64,000 nt of DNA from Octopus vulgaris. Lineage: Eukaryota. Positions within the stretch are counted from its first letter, which is position 1. Each line of letters starts with the position of its first letter. Location of the stretch: positions 24,552,001-24,616,000 of the forward strand of contig OX597840.1 of the NCBI GenBank assembly GCA_951406725.2. The letters run 5' to 3'. This document shows positions 36,615-49,784 of the stretch, piece by piece. Position numbers and translations under genes: made by a program. The notes under the pieces are model-generated. The model did not search any database. It worked only from the letters and a program-made list of their open reading frames with translations, and was not told where the DNA came from.

Positions 36615-37202
36615 GGCAACGTTTCGGTTGTCGTAGCACAAGTTTCCGTCGATTTCCGTAAAAAACTTTTATTTTTTTACATAAGTAATGAGAGCGAAAG
36701 AGACTAAGAGGAAGCGATTTTATGACGAGGAAGTTTCTCTTTGAAGTGCGCGTGTGTGTGTTTGATGGGGTGTTGGAGACAGACAGTATGTTATGTAAGT
36801 GAAGTGCTTCTGTTAGTGTGTGTGAATAGACAGAGAGAGTAATGTGTAAAAGAGAGAGATAACGATAACGTAATTACGATGAATCGGCTATACATACATA
36901 CACACACACACACATGCATGCATACATATACACATACACCGAGTAAAAAATCAGTTATCTCTCTCTTTCACACATTACTCTCTCTGTCTCTTCACACACA
37001 CTAACAGAAGCACTTCACTTACACAACATACTGTCTGTCTCCCACACCCCATCAAACACACACACGCGCACTTCAAAGAGAAACTTCCTCGTCATAAAAT
37101 CGCTTCCTCTTAGTCTCTTTCGCTCTCATTACTTATGTAAAAAAATAAAAGTTTTTTACGGAAATCGACGGAGACTTGTGCTACGACATGCGAAACATAG
37201 CC
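36615..37202. mobile_element. Fold-back MITE, ~245 bp arms, 8 bp TSD CTCC(A/G)GTC
   Basis: Related to 21060-21483; TSD at 36607-36614 and 37203-37210; the paralogous site AACTAACTCCAGTC at ~46092-46105 lacks the element. Confidence 0.9.
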
Positions 37203-37699
37203 CTCCGGTCTTTAAAGAATTGCGGCTCTACTTTAATAGATTTGGGATTTTGTGAAAGAGATTTCTTCAATATTCGGCTTCATCACTGTGATGGGTTGTT
37301 TCGTTCTAATGGGATAGACAACTCAATACGAAGCATAGTTATTCTTTTACGTGTTTATTTAGTTTTTCATCTTACACGAACTGGACTACATTCAGCGCAG
37401 CGACACCGATATCACTTTAGACACAGCGTAGTAGTAATACTTATAAAATAGTGCCAAAAGCGGGGACGCATTCCACACACGCACGCCCACGCATAGATAT
37501 GAATGTGTAACATCCCTTCTTCTTGAAACAAAAAAAGGGGTCTTTTGGCAGTGAAGACAAATATAGTAGTCTCCCTTATTCTAATGGATTGTCAACGCGA
37601 CGTGGCCATCCTGCAGCAGAAACCGTGAGATTATTCTGCCCCTGCTTTGTAATCGAGCAGAATTAGTTACTTATCTTTTCGTTTTTTTTCTTCTTTTCT

Positions 37700-38025
37700 T
37701 TTGAAAAAACTTTATCGTGAATAAAAAGAGAAAATATTTACATTTTTTTAAATCAAAATATACCATTAGTTTCAATTGCCTAAAAGAAATTTAATAAGAA
37801 AATGAAAACCAAATTGATTAAAATTAAATTAATCATAGCAGTTTTTGAAAGTTCATGTATATATTTTTTTTTTTTTTGGTTTTCATTTTCTTCTGAAATT
37901 TTTTTTAGGCAATTGAAACTAATGGTATATTTTGATAAAAAAAATGTAAATATTTTCTCTTTTTATTCACGATAAAGTTTCTTTCAAAAAAAAAAACTTT
38001 ATCATGAATAAAAAGAGAAAATATT
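37700..38025. repeat. AT-rich inverted repeat (~110 bp arms) followed by a third direct partial copy
   Basis: AAAACTTTATCGTGAATAAAAAGAGAAAATATTT at ~37707, inverted at ~37947-37980, direct again at ~37993. Confidence 0.75.
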
Positions 38026-38031
38026 TTTTCT

Positions 38032-38877
38032 TTAACGGTATCGAACCGGTGGCAGGATGTTCTTTCTACATCTGGTGGATCTTGTGCTTCGCACCGGTGT
38101 CTGAGGTGTGTTGTTGGGCTGCTGATGGGTGGTTGGTGCCCAATGGGATGATGATTCTGTGGGTGTTGTCACTGATGCAGTAGGTGTTGTACTCGTTGTC
38201 TGCTGATGGGTGGTTGTTACATTTATAATGTGGTGGACCTTTATGCTTTGTCCTTCCATCTCCTGTTTATCATGTGAGGATAGTCTGGAAAGAACATCCG
38301 CCAATATCAGGTCTTTTCCTGGCTTGTACCTGATATCATAGTCGTATGTTTGAAGCCTTAACAGTAATCTTTGCAGTCTGGCTGGTGCTTTCGTCAGGTT
38401 TTTCCTATGTATTTGTTCTAGCGGGCGATGGTCTGTTTCAGTATTGAAATGTCTTCCATACAGGTATGTATGGAACTTTTCACATCCATATACTACTGCC
38501 AGGAGTTCCCTTTCAAATTTTGAGTACCTCGTCTCTGTGGGTGAGAGAGCTTTCGAGGCATATGCAATGGGCTTACCTTCCTGTATCAGTGCTGCACCAA
38601 CTCCTCTCATAGAAGCATCAACTTGGAGTGTTACTGGTTTGCGTCTGTCATAGTATTGCAGAGTTGTCTCCTTACTGATGAGCTTTTTGATTGCTTTGAA
38701 ATCCTGTGTGTGTGAAGCACACCAATCAAACTCTATGTCATCTTTGTTTAGTTCTCGGAGATTTGCAGTGTGATCGGCCAGCTTGGGTATGAAGGCTCCC
38801 ATGTAGTGAATGAGTCCCAGGAAGCTCCTGAGTTCCACCTCGTCTTTAGGTTCTTTAATGTCTCTGATTGCTTCCAC
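38032..38877 (-). CDS. Gypsy pol fragment: RT thumb/connection + RNase H, fused in frame to a Thr-rich tail
   Basis: LRSFLG, LQVDAS, ERELLAVV, TDHRPL, RLQRLLLRLQTYD, ADVLSR motifs; no integrase. Confidence 0.8.
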   Translation of the reverse strand: MEAIRDIKEPKDEVELRSFLGLIHYMGAFIPKLADHTANLRELNKDDIEFDWCASHTQDFKAIKKLISKETTLQYYDRRKPVTLQVDASMRGVGAALIQEGKPIAYASKALSPTETRYSKFERELLAVVYGCEKFHTYLYGRHFNTETDHRPLEQIHRKNLTKAPARLQRLLLRLQTYDYDIRYKPGKDLILADVLSRLSSHDKQEMEGQSIKVHHIINVTTTHQQTTSTTPTASVTTPTESSSHWAPTTHQQPNNTPQTPVRSTRSTRCRKNILPPVRYR

Positions 38878-39719
38878 TTTAGCGGGGTCTGGTTTAACTC
38901 CCTCTGCAGAGTATATTTATTCAAAAGAATTTGCACTCCTTTGTTTTTATCGCACACTTGCCTAAAAAAAATTTTCTGATTAATTATTTACCGCTGCCAC
39001 CATGTTATGTGTAGTTTTGGGTTCTAATGGGAAAGACAACTCAATACGAAGCCATTGTTATTGTTTTACGTGTTTATTTACTTTTTATGATACACAAACT
39101 GTCTACATTCAGCGTAGTGATACATATATACTTTAGACATAGTTCGTACTGTTACTTACAAAATAGTGCCAAAAGTGGGGATGTATTCTACTTACCTATA
39201 CCTGCGTATACACATAGATATGAATGTGTAACACTGTGGTTTAAAGTTTCATCATTCTTACCCATTTAGAAAACAATATTTGGAAGCTGTCATTTTGTTC
39301 ATGTAAAAAAAGGGGTGTGAAATGTCAAATTATTGTGATTTTGTACTTTTTACACAGAAATTCATACGATTCTGCAAATACGTGATATAAAAAACTTTGT
39401 TCAATTAAAAACAAATTACTTTTAACTATGCACTGTCCATCACCATTTCCTCCACCACAACCATCATCTCTCTCTCTCTCTCTCTTTGTGCCTCAAATCT
39501 CACCATCAGAACATCACCACTCTGCTAAAATTATATTGCTAACTTCTCTATATCATCAACTTCAACTAACTTTTTTAACCATGTAATAAATATTATGTTC
39601 CCCTCTATCACATATCATGTACGCTTCTCTCTGTCCCTCTTTCCATCTTACTCTTTGCTTTAATATATGGGTGCTTGAAACTCTCAGAAGAGAATTGCTG
39701 GGACCAGTATTCTGTTTGG

Positions 39720-40062
39720 GATATGCTTTTGAAATGGAGAGAAAGCATGCCCTTTTTTGGAAAAGAATTGTGACTGGAGATGAAAAATGGATTGCATGCT
39801 TAATGTTGTGCAAAACTGATCCTGGAGTTTGAAGAAATATCCCCCAAGCAACAAAAGATGAATATCCATGGCAACACACCTGTGCTTTGTGTTTGGTGGG
39901 ATCATAAAGGCATTAATATGACCTTCTCCCATAAAACCAGACCATTAATTCTGATGTGTTCTGTCATCAACTGGCTAATTTGAACCAAAATATATCAAAG
40001 AACTGCGGCTGGAGATTACCAACAGAAAAGCATTAGTCTTCCAACAAGACAATGCCCAACCA
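39720..40062 (+). mobile_element. Mariner transposase fragment (decayed)
   Basis: FWKRIVTGDEKW, LCVWWDHKG, TINSDVFCHQL, VFQQDNAQP (HDNARPH-like), interrupted by stops and frameshifts. Confidence 0.8.
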
Positions 40063-41992
40063 TCGTCAAATAGAAAGGAGTCACCCTATCTCCCTCATAT
40101 TCCTTATAGTCTTCATTGTTATCATTTTTATGTCGTATGTTTTTTAAACCAATATTTTTTCACCAGATGCATTCTTAATTGAATTCTTTTCTTTTTGCTT
40201 TGCATCTTGTACAGATTTAAGTCTTTAATTTTATAAATATATATTTATATAATCTTTCAGCTGTTTATCCATTATCCAAAAACAAAAGGTCCCGGTCACT
40301 AGTCATGGCCTCGGTGTCTAGTGAGGCAATGGATTGGGTTATTCCTGAAACCAAAACACTCTAAAGTGTAGCCTGTATTGTGTCTGCATCAAAAGATAGT
40401 CGCTCATCTGCTATTCACTGAAAACTGAAGGAAATTGGAATACGGTAATTACTTAATACACTTTATGCACAATTATATAGACACAGCACTCATAAAATAA
40501 ATATTCACTCATATTTTTCCAGTTTTCTCATTAACAGAAAAAAATTACATTTTAAAATTTACATGGGCACAATTTCTTACCTAAAACACAAGAAGTGTAT
40601 ACTAAAAAAATTACCTTATATGTAAAATATAGGGGTCACAATTTAATGTAACTTGGCTTACTCTGAAATCCACATCAGTGGTAACTTGTAAGCCAAGGTG
40701 ATGGGTCAGAGAGCCAATATACATTTCAATTTGTAGGTGTTGTAAAAAAACTTTGTTCAAGTAAAAAAAAAATATTACTTTTCACTCTGTATTCACCAAC
40801 ACAACCACCACCACCACCATCATCTGTCTCTCTCTACCTTTCTTTAACCTCTCCATCAGGACACCACCCACCTTCTAAAATTATATTCCTAACTCTCCTC
40901 TATATCACAACCTTCAACTAAATATGTCCCCCATCACGTCATGCACGCTTCTCTCTCTTCCCGTCCCACTCATGGCCTTATCCTTTCTCTCTCCCACTTT
41001 CTCTCCTATCACATGAAAGTGTTACTGACGACCTAAGTAATGTAATGACAAGCAGAATTATTATAAGACCACCTTCCTTTACTTTTCCCTCCCTCTCACC
41101 CCACTACTCTAACTAACATAAATACACCAGTTGAACAAACAAGCTTGTGATTACATATATACACGTACATTATTTTTGTGGGAGGTTTGGATAATATTTT
41201 TTGCAAGGTAATTAGAAAATCACATAAGGAGACTGGAGAAAAGTTTGATATTATTTATTCAGCATTACATGTGTTTCATTTCCTAATAGGAATCACAAAC
41301 TTTTTGATGTGTAGAAAACATGTAACATATATTTCCCATGAAAAATTCTTCAGACATACAATAGTTTATGTGAGTGTGTGTGTATCTGTCTGTGTATGTA
41401 CCCTTGTATATTATGTGATGTTCGTAAAGGGCCATCATGACCGTCATACTTATGCAGTTGTTCACTTCCAGTCCTCTGCGTCAAATAAGCCTCACCAGGG
41501 AAAATATTTCCTTGCTTGGAAACATGTGAGGATTGGTCACAAGAAAGGGACCCAGATGTAGAAAATCTGCATCAATGAATTCCATCTGATCCACAGAAGC
41601 ATGAATAGGAGAATGTTAAATGATGAGGATCATCATCATCGTGGTTCCTCTTCTGTATCAATGCATTTACATTTCAATAATTGATCCATTTTCATAGATT
41701 GATTTAGCACGAATAGCTTAGGTTACAGTTATATCTTTCATATTAACAGGACTGTGTACAAACAATTCACCATTTCGAAAGAATGATTCAGGTTTAACAT
41801 CACAGTGATATGTTTTCCTTCCTCTGTCAATGCTCTTTTGATTCAATAATGGATGATTTCATGTCAAAGATTTACCATAGATGTCACATTCATATAGTTT
41901 CTATATTCTGTGGATATCTTTATGAGATACGTCCTTTGTCCTTCTGAGGAAATGTTATACAACAAATATCACTGTGTTATGGACCCCCTTCA

Positions 41993-42118
<126 letters not shown>

Positions 42119-43567
42119 CTACCCTGTATGAATATGCTTGTGTTTGGTTAAGAAACTGTGTTGAGAGAAAGATTTACCACAGATTTCACAGTGATATGGT
42201 TTCTCGCCTGTATGGATACGTGTGTGTTTAGTTAAGTGACTACTTTGAGAGAATGATTTACCACAGATATCACAGTGATATGGTTTCTCGCCTGTATGAG
42301 CACGTTTGTGTTTAATTAAGTTACTTCCATCATAGAATGATTTACCACAGATATCACAGGTATATGGTTTCTCCCCTGTATGAAGACGTTTGTGTTTAAT
42401 TAAGGTACTTCCATCAGAGAAAGAATTACCACAGATATCACAGTGATATGGTTTCTCCCCTGTATGAATACGTTTGTGCTTCATTAAGCTACTTCCATCA
42501 GAGAAAGATTTACCACAGATATCACAGTGATATGGTTTCTCCCCAGTATGAATACGTGTGTGTTGAGTTAAGTGACTACTTTGAGAGAATGATTTACCAC
42601 AGATATCACAGTGATATGGTTTCTCCCCTCCATGAACCCGTGTGTGAGTAGTTAAGTCAAATTCTTGATAGAATGATTTACCACAGATATCACAGTGATA
42701 TGGTTTCTCCCCAGTATGAATACGTTTGTGCCGAGTTAAGCTATTGCCAGCAGAGAATGATTTACCACAGATATCACAGTGGTATGGTTTCTCGCCTGTA
42801 TGGATATGTTTGTGAATATCTAAGTTATGAGTACGAGAGAATGATTTACCACAGATAACACAGTGATATGGTTTCTCCCCAGTATGAATATGTCTGTGTT
42901 CAGTTAGGCTACGGCTTTCTGAGAATGATTTTCCACAGATATCACAGGAATATGGCTTCTCTCCTGTATGAACCCATTTGTGAGTAGTTAAGTGACCGCT
43001 TTGATAGAATGATTTACCACAGATATTACAGTGATATGGTTTCTCCCCTGTATGAATACGTTTGTGTATAATTAAGCTCCTTCCATCAGAGAATGATTTA
43101 CCACAGATATCACAGGAATATGGTTTCTCCCCTGTATGAATACGTTTGTGTTTCGTTAAGCTACTTCCATCAGAGAATGATTTACCACAGATATCACACT
43201 GATATGGTTTCTCTCCTGTATGAACCCGTTTGTGTCGGGTAAAGCTACTGCCAACAGAGAATGATTTACCACAGATGTCACAGTGGTGTGGTTTCTCACC
43301 TGTATGAATACATTTGTGGTTAGTTAAGCTACTGCCATCAGAGAATGATTTACCACAGATATCACAGTGGTGTGGTTTCTCACCTGTATGAATACGTATG
43401 TGTCGTGTTAAGTGACTGCTACTTAAGAATGATTTACCACAGATACTACAGTGATATGGTGCTTCCTCTGTATGAATACGTTTGTGTTGATTGAATTTAC
43501 TTTCTTCTAAGAATGACTCTTTGCAGATGTCACAGTCATATGATGATTTTCCTAATTCTTCAGACAT
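42119..43567 (-). CDS. ZNF-6: C2H2 zinc-finger protein, 17 fingers
   Basis: 482-aa ORF starting MSEELGKS, ending at a TAG in a linker; inferred intron 43996-45818; minus-strand AATAAA at 41254-41259. Confidence 0.92.
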   Translation of the reverse strand: MSEELGKSSYDCDICKESFLEESKFNQHKRIHTEEAPYHCSICGKSFLSSSHLTRHIRIHTGEKPHHCDICGKSFSDGSSLTNHKCIHTGEKPHHCDICGKSFSVGSSFTRHKRVHTGEKPYQCDICGKSFSDGSSLTKHKRIHTGEKPYSCDICGKSFSDGRSLIIHKRIHTGEKPYHCNICGKSFYQSGHLTTHKWVHTGEKPYSCDICGKSFSESRSLTEHRHIHTGEKPYHCVICGKSFSRTHNLDIHKHIHTGEKPYHCDICGKSFSAGNSLTRHKRIHTGEKPYHCDICGKSFYQEFDLTTHTRVHGGEKPYHCDICGKSFSQSSHLTQHTRIHTGEKPYHCDICGKSFSDGSSLMKHKRIHTGEKPYHCDICGNSFSDGSTLIKHKRLHTGEKPYTCDICGKSFYDGSNLIKHKRAHTGEKPYHCDICGKSFSQSSHLTKHTRIHTGEKPYHCEICGKSFSQHSFLTKHKHIHTG

Positions 43568-46147
43568 CTCTTCAAGAAAAATAAAACTGAACCTTCAAGT
43601 TGTACAGATCAACAACTTTTCAAAAATATTTCTCCTCTCACCAAAATATGGATATTTTTCTTCTTTTTGCTTTTATAGTTTATTCCAAACAAATATCACT
43701 TCTCTTATATTTCTTCTGAACGTGATCAATGCCAATATTTAAAAATGTTGCAAATACTCTTTGGAAATCTATCAAAGTATATTTAAAAGAGAAAATTATC
43801 TCTTGCACATTTCAGACACAGAAGTAAAGAAATGCTTTCTCTCTCAGAGGAAATATTTTACTGTAACTCAGCAATGTTTTATAGAAGAAGGATTATACGT
43901 TTGTAGAATATCTTTGCAGAGCCTTTCAAACATGATACATATTGATGATTCTTTAAAAGTAAAAAATCCTTTATAGCCAATTTCATGTGATTTTTCTGAA
44001 AGAATAGAAAAAATAATATAAGACATCAAGTATGTTTAAAAGGTAGATATTCAAAAGTGCAAATTTACGACATTTCTGTTTTCATAAATTGTAGAATTGA
44101 TCCTTTATCTGAAGTATTATATTCATCCCATCTCTCTATTTTCAAGAGGTTTATATCACAGACACATCCATCGTAATAACACCTCCTGGACATTGCGTCT
44201 GTCCTAGACACACACACACACACCAATATACATGTCAATGACAGTAGATATCTGATGTTTTCCCCTGTGTTCTATTGTATCAACACAGGTTTGTTTTATA
44301 ACATAGACATCACTCCTCCTCTGCCTCTTTCTGTATGTGCATAAATATACAAATATATATATGTGGTTAGCTTAATGTTAACATTTTGTTGAGCATAAAA
44401 GATGCATAAAAGTCAGTAATTAATATTGATGTCTGACTTGCAGCATCAAAATCTTTTGTGGGGAATTTTTGATGTTAAGAAAAATTGATAAAATTGGTGA
44501 CAATCCTTCTCCATGGGGCAAATGGAAGAGGCTTCAATGAAGTCTATCCTTATTTTACGGAAAAACTATAATTTCTTTTCATTGTTATGCACATAGTTTT
44601 AAAATTTAGCCATTCTTGTTTTTATCTTTTAATTATAAATTCTTACACATTATAATTAATGTTTCTCTTCCTTGTTGCTTCAAAACGAAATATTGTTTAT
44701 CTGGATGAGTGAAAAATACATTCATATTAAATATATACGCATTACGAAGAAAGAAAAGGATAACTTGCATAATTAATTGAAAATAACATTAAAAAAAGGG
44801 TGCAATTCTGCTTTAAACATTATATAGTTCCTTAAAATTCTTTTCCCATTTTTCTGTGGAATTTTCGGAAAATTCTCCAAATTTGTGACCTACATTATGA
44901 AAAAAATTGTTTCCCATTTTTAAAAAATTGCCACTGTAGAACTTTGCTTAAATCCCAACAATGTGTTTATGTGGAGAAGGATATCTTTTCTACTCTAGGC
45001 ACAAGGCCAGAAATTTTGGGAGAGGGGTCCCAGTGGATTAGATAGACCCCAGTACGCAACTGGTACTAAATTTATCGACCTCGAAAGGATGAAAGGCAAA
45101 GTCGACCTCGGCGGAATTTGAACTCACGTGCTAACGATTCTACCAGCTCGCCGGTTTTATATGGAGAAAAATACTGAAAAACGTCAGCACATCAGAGTGA
45201 CAAAGAAACTAGGGAGGTATCAGGTGGTCGTGAGATGTGCGAAAAATAACAGCTAAATAGCTCTTAAAGCACACAGTTTTTGCTTGTTTGTTGAATTCTC
45301 GTGTGTAGAATATTTGCAAAAATTTTCTGAAAATTCCGGAAAAAACAAAACAAACCCCAGATATTAATTGTAAGTTGTAATGATGCAGAAGAACCGCCAG
45401 AAATAAAGACTTCCTATGTCTCAAATAAAAGCCATTTCCTCTCGATACGATATTTGCTTTTCGTTTCAGTATTTCAAGTGCACACTCGTATTTTTATACA
45501 TTCCCCATTTCTTACTAATTACATCGTAATTTTCCCGCTTTTAACGAAATCGTCGAATTTACACGTTAGAAAGAAAGATAAATGTTATCTAAACAAGGGA
45601 TTGATCCGACGTTTTTACAAATAATTTAGAAAATAACCAAAAGTGCAATGAAATGTCTAAAAGAAAACGACAACACAATGAAAGTATTAAAATTACAGCC
45701 TTTCGTATAATTTCGTCTTAGTGAGATTTTTTTCCTTTTAACTTTCTCAACACATCGAAACAAATAAATGTACATAATAGGACACATATATAATAGAAAT
45801 GTTTAAATAAATACTTACATAGTAATAGATATGGAGAGAAAGAGTGAAGGAGGAAGATGTGAGAACTGGAGTCAGAGTGGACAAGGACAGCTTCAAGAGA
45901 ATTTCTAGATTTCTACAACAAACGTTAATTAATATTTTTCACGTCCACATAATCGTAAATGCTGTATCTGTTTGTTTAGACAGTTAATTACCAATCATTT
46001 GTATATATTTGATTGGGTTTTCCTCTTAAATATTAGTCGTAAAGTGGAACTGATCAAACAATCAAGGTGCGTGAGAAACAAGGACAAGAAATACACTTAA
46101 TTAGGAAGGGGAACTAACTCCAGTCATAAACGACAAAACACCATTAC

Positions 46148-46615
46148 TCACTCACTCTATCCACCTCCCTCTCTACCTCCCACTCCTTCTCTCTCTCCTG
46201 CCCCCTCTCAACCTCTCTCTCTCTAGCTTTCACTCCTCTTTCTCCAGCTTCCACTCCACGTTTCTCTCTCTCTCTAGCTCTCACTCCCCCTTTCTCTCTA
46301 TCTAGCTCCCACTCCACCTCTCTCTCTAGCTTTCTTTTCCCCTCTCTCTCTACCTCCTTCTCCTTCTCTCTCTCTCCACCTCCATCCCTCTAGCTCCCTC
46401 CCCTCCTGTCCACCTCTCTCACTAGCTTCCATTCCACCTCTCTCTCTAGCTCCCTATCCTTTTCTCTCTGTAGCTCCCACTCCCCCTCTCTCTCTAGCTC
46501 CCACTCCCCCCTCTCTCTCTCTAGTTCCCACTCCACCTCTCTTTCTAGCTCTCTATCCTTTTCTCTCTCTAGCTCCCACTCCTTCTCTCTCTAGCTCCCA
46601 CTCCTCCTCTCCCTC
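46148..46615. repeat. Polypyrimidine/(CT)-rich minisatellite (CTCTCTAGCTCCCACTCC-like units)
   Basis: ~470 bp that is almost all C/T on the + strand. Confidence 0.85.
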
Positions 46616-46801
46616 AGCAGACGACATCGAAGCTTCCTTCTGAACGGCTGAAAATTTCTTTCGCTCCAAATAAATAAAAATGATTTCTTTTGCAGCTTAG
46701 ACATCCAGAAATCAATGTATTCCAGTCATTTCTGCAGGAATGTAAAACATTGTTTTCATAAACTTTAAAACTTCTTTCACAATAATAATAATAATAATAA
46801 T

Positions 46802-47158
46802 AGGCGCAGGAGTGGCTGTGTGGTAAGTAGCTTGCTTACCAACCACATGGTTCCGGGTTCAGTCCCACTGCGTGGCACCTTGGGCCGACAAATGCCTTGT
46901 GAGTGGATTTGGTAGACGGACACTGAAAGAAGCCTGTCGTATATATGTATTTGTGTGTGTCTGTGTTTGTCCCCCTAGCATTGCTTGACAACCGATGCTG
47001 GTGTGTTTACGTTCCCGTCACCTAGCGGTTCGGCAAAACGATAGAACGATAGAATAAGTACTGAGCTTACAAAGAATAAGTCCCGGGGCCGATTTGCTCG
47101 ACTAAAAGGCGGTGCTCCAGCATGGCCGCAGTCAAATGACTGAAACAAGTAAAAGAGT
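46802..47158 (+). mobile_element. SINE family B with intact tRNA-like head
   Basis: AGGCGCAGGAGTGGCTGTGTGGTAAG..GGTTCCGGGTTCAGTCCC head and GAAACAAGTAAAAGAG tail. Confidence 0.8.
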
Positions 47159-47213
47159 AAAGGTTTATTTTTTTCTCCAGACATCGTTACCACCAACTTT
47201 TATCAATTGACAT

Positions 47214-47720
47214 CTTGGAAAGAAATTTTCTCCACAAATTTCTTAATAATTGTTATGTATGCCATTTGAAAGGTGTCTGTATAAACTTTTATCGAAAAAA
47301 AACTTCATTTTCCCAAAAGTTACGAGAGAAAAGCTCGGATCTTGTGAATTTTCCGAGGACGTCTGGTTGCCTCTTGCAAGAAATTTTCTCCACAAATTTC
47401 TTAATAATTGTTATGTATGCCATTTGAAAGGTGTCTGTATAAACTTTTATTGAAAAAAAACTTCATTTTCCCAAAAGTTACGAGAGAAAAGTTCGGATCT
47501 TGTGAATTTTCCGAGGTCGTCTGGTTGCCTCTTGCAAGAAATTTTCTCCACAAATTTCTTTATAATTGTTATGTATGCCATTTGAAAGGTGTCTGTATAA
47601 ACTTTTATCGAAAAAAACTTCATTTTCCCAAAAGTTACGAGAGAAAAGCTCAGATCTTGTGAATTTTACGATGTCCTCTGGTCGCCCTCTTGCAAGAGAT
47701 ATTCACCAGAAATTTCATTG
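47214..47720. repeat. Tandem repeat, ~3 x 158 bp
   Basis: AAGAAATTTTCTCCACAAATTTCTT at 47220, 47378 and 47536; related ~160 bp dimer at 49295-49550. Confidence 0.9.
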
Positions 47721-48181
47721 CCATCGTCAAATATGAGGTTTGAAAGTTACTTCTATAAATAAATTCATTGAAAAATAAATTCGAAGGATTAACATTGCAA
47801 AAGGTCATATATTATTTCCGTAAACTCTAATTGAAATCAAGAAGCTACCAGAACCATTCCATCAGCAACAATCATCATCTTCTTCTTCACAATATTTGTA
47901 TCCTTTATAAAAGAAGCTGCTGTTGCTATTTTTCTGAATTTATTTTACATTGTTTACACCCACATTGGAACTTTTACTGTGCCTTGCACCAGAAAACATT
48001 ATAGATTATCTAAAGATAAAACATATCACCAATGATGATGATGAATTTTCAAAATTCTAGTCGTTCTATTGACGGGTTTGTCAATAGAACGTGCGCTAAA
48101 TGGAAGAAATAAAAAGTTCTTTCCATCAGGAAAGGTACATTTTCAGAAAACTTTAAGCTGCCATTATATGTAATTTTTCCT

Positions 48182-49250
48182 TTCCGGGTAGAGGTAGGGG
48201 TCCACCAAGGCTCATTCCTCAACCCCCTCCTATTTATCATAGTCCAGGCAATAATGGAGGAATTCAAGACAGGATGCCTCTTAGAGCTCCTCTATGCTGA
48301 TGACCTTGCTCTAATTGCTGAGTCACTATCAGAACTGGAGGAGAAGTTTCAGGTGTGGAAGCAAGGATTAGAATCGAAGGGCCTTAGAGTCAACCTAGCT
48401 AAAACCAAAGTCCTAATAAGTAGGAAGGTAGACAAATCACAAACGCCATCAGGTAGATGGCCCTGCTTGATCTGTAGAAAAGGCGTAGGTAGAAACTCTA
48501 TAAGATGCACCAAGTGTAAGCTATGGACACATAAGAGGTGCGGCAATGTCAAAGGAAGGCTAACCAGGAAGATAGTTTTTGTATGTGGCAGATGCTCAGG
48601 AGCAATAAACACTGAAAATGCTCTGAGACCAACTTCTGCCACATTCCAGGGAGAAAAACTAGAAATAGTTGATAGCTTCCGTTACCTAGGTGACCAAGTC
48701 AGTAGCGGGGGTGGGTGTGCTGAAAGTGTAACTGCTAGAGTAATAATAGCCTGGGCAAAGTTCAGAGAGCTCTTACCCCTGCTGGTGACAAAAGGCCTCT
48801 CGCTCAGAGTAAAAGGCAGACTGTATGATGCATGTGTACGTACAGCCATGCTACATGGTAGTGAAACTTGGGTTGTGACTGCTGAGGATATGTGTAAGCT
48901 CGCAAGAAATGAAGCCAGTATGTTCTGATGGATGTGTAATGTCAGTGTTCATACTCGACAGAGTGTAAGTACTTTGAGAGAAAAGTTGGACCTAAGAAGC
49001 ATCAGTTGTGGTGTGCAAGAGAGACGTTTGCACTGATATGGTCATGTGGCAAGCATGGATGAAGATAGTTGTGTGAAAAAGTGCCACACCCTAGCGGTTG
49101 AGGGAACCTGTGGAAGAGGCAGACCCAGGTAAACCTGGGACGAGGTGGTGAAGCACGACCTTCGAACTTTAGGTCTCACCAAGGGAATGACTAGAGACCG
49201 AGACCTTTGGAAGTTTGCTGTGCATGAGAAGTCCTGGCAGGACAAGTGAG
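48182..49250 (+). mobile_element. RTE-clade LINE fragment (RT YADD, PHD-like Cys cluster, C-terminus)
   Basis: GVHQGS, LLYADDL, WPCLICRKGVG..CTKC..WTHKRC, FRYLG; in-frame stops downstream. Confidence 0.88.
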
Positions 49251-49784
49251 ACCATAACCCGTGGCCTCTACATGGGATGTAGCCAGTCCACTTATGAGGG
49301 AAACGCTTGGATCTTGTGAATTTCCAGAAATCATCTCCCCACCCTTTTTGGAAAAGACTGTCCCCATAAAATTCTAGGTAATCTGAATGTATGCCAAAAG
49401 AAATGCATTTCCATTAAATTTCATTGAAGAAAACCCAAATTTTTCTTAAAGATACGAGGGAAACGCTGGGATCTTATGAATTTCCAGAAAACATCTTCCC
49501 ACCCTTTTTCGAAAAGACTGTCCCCATAAAATTCTAGGTAATCTGAATGTCACCTCTTTCCTAAGGCCCAGTATCTTGAGATTAGTCTTCAACACTTCAT
49601 CCTATGTCCTCCTGGGCCACACTGTTCCATGAGATCTATCCACTTTAAGCAGTTGGCACTTCTTTATGCAATTGTCTTCATTCATCTGCACCACATGACC
49701 ATATTAGTGAATAGTCTTCTCGACTTGCATGCCCCTATTCCACCTTGTCATACATACACATTAACATTATCTCCTCAAAGACAT

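Larger units (their letters stand above)
37287..39233 (-). mobile_element. Internally deleted Ty3/gypsy LTR retrotransposon with both LTRs
   Basis: TG..CA direct repeats 37287-37512 and 39003-39233; PBS TGGTGGCAGCGG (tRNA-Leu-like) next to the 5' LTR; PPT AAGAAGAAGGGA next to the 3' LTR. Confidence 0.85.

Noticed and set aside
37282-39238. TSD for the gypsy element (CTGTG)
   Set aside because: The left match overlaps the LTR's own TG terminus, so it is ambiguous.
46802-46875. tRNA gene (also 1951, 11946, 16700-16776)
   Set aside because: tRNA-like A/B boxes run into SINE bodies; no convincing cloverleaf.
47214-47720. Regular 158-bp repeats (and the 84-bp finger periodicity) as CRISPR-like arrays
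   Set aside because: No unique spacers and no cas genes; eukaryotic tandem repeats.
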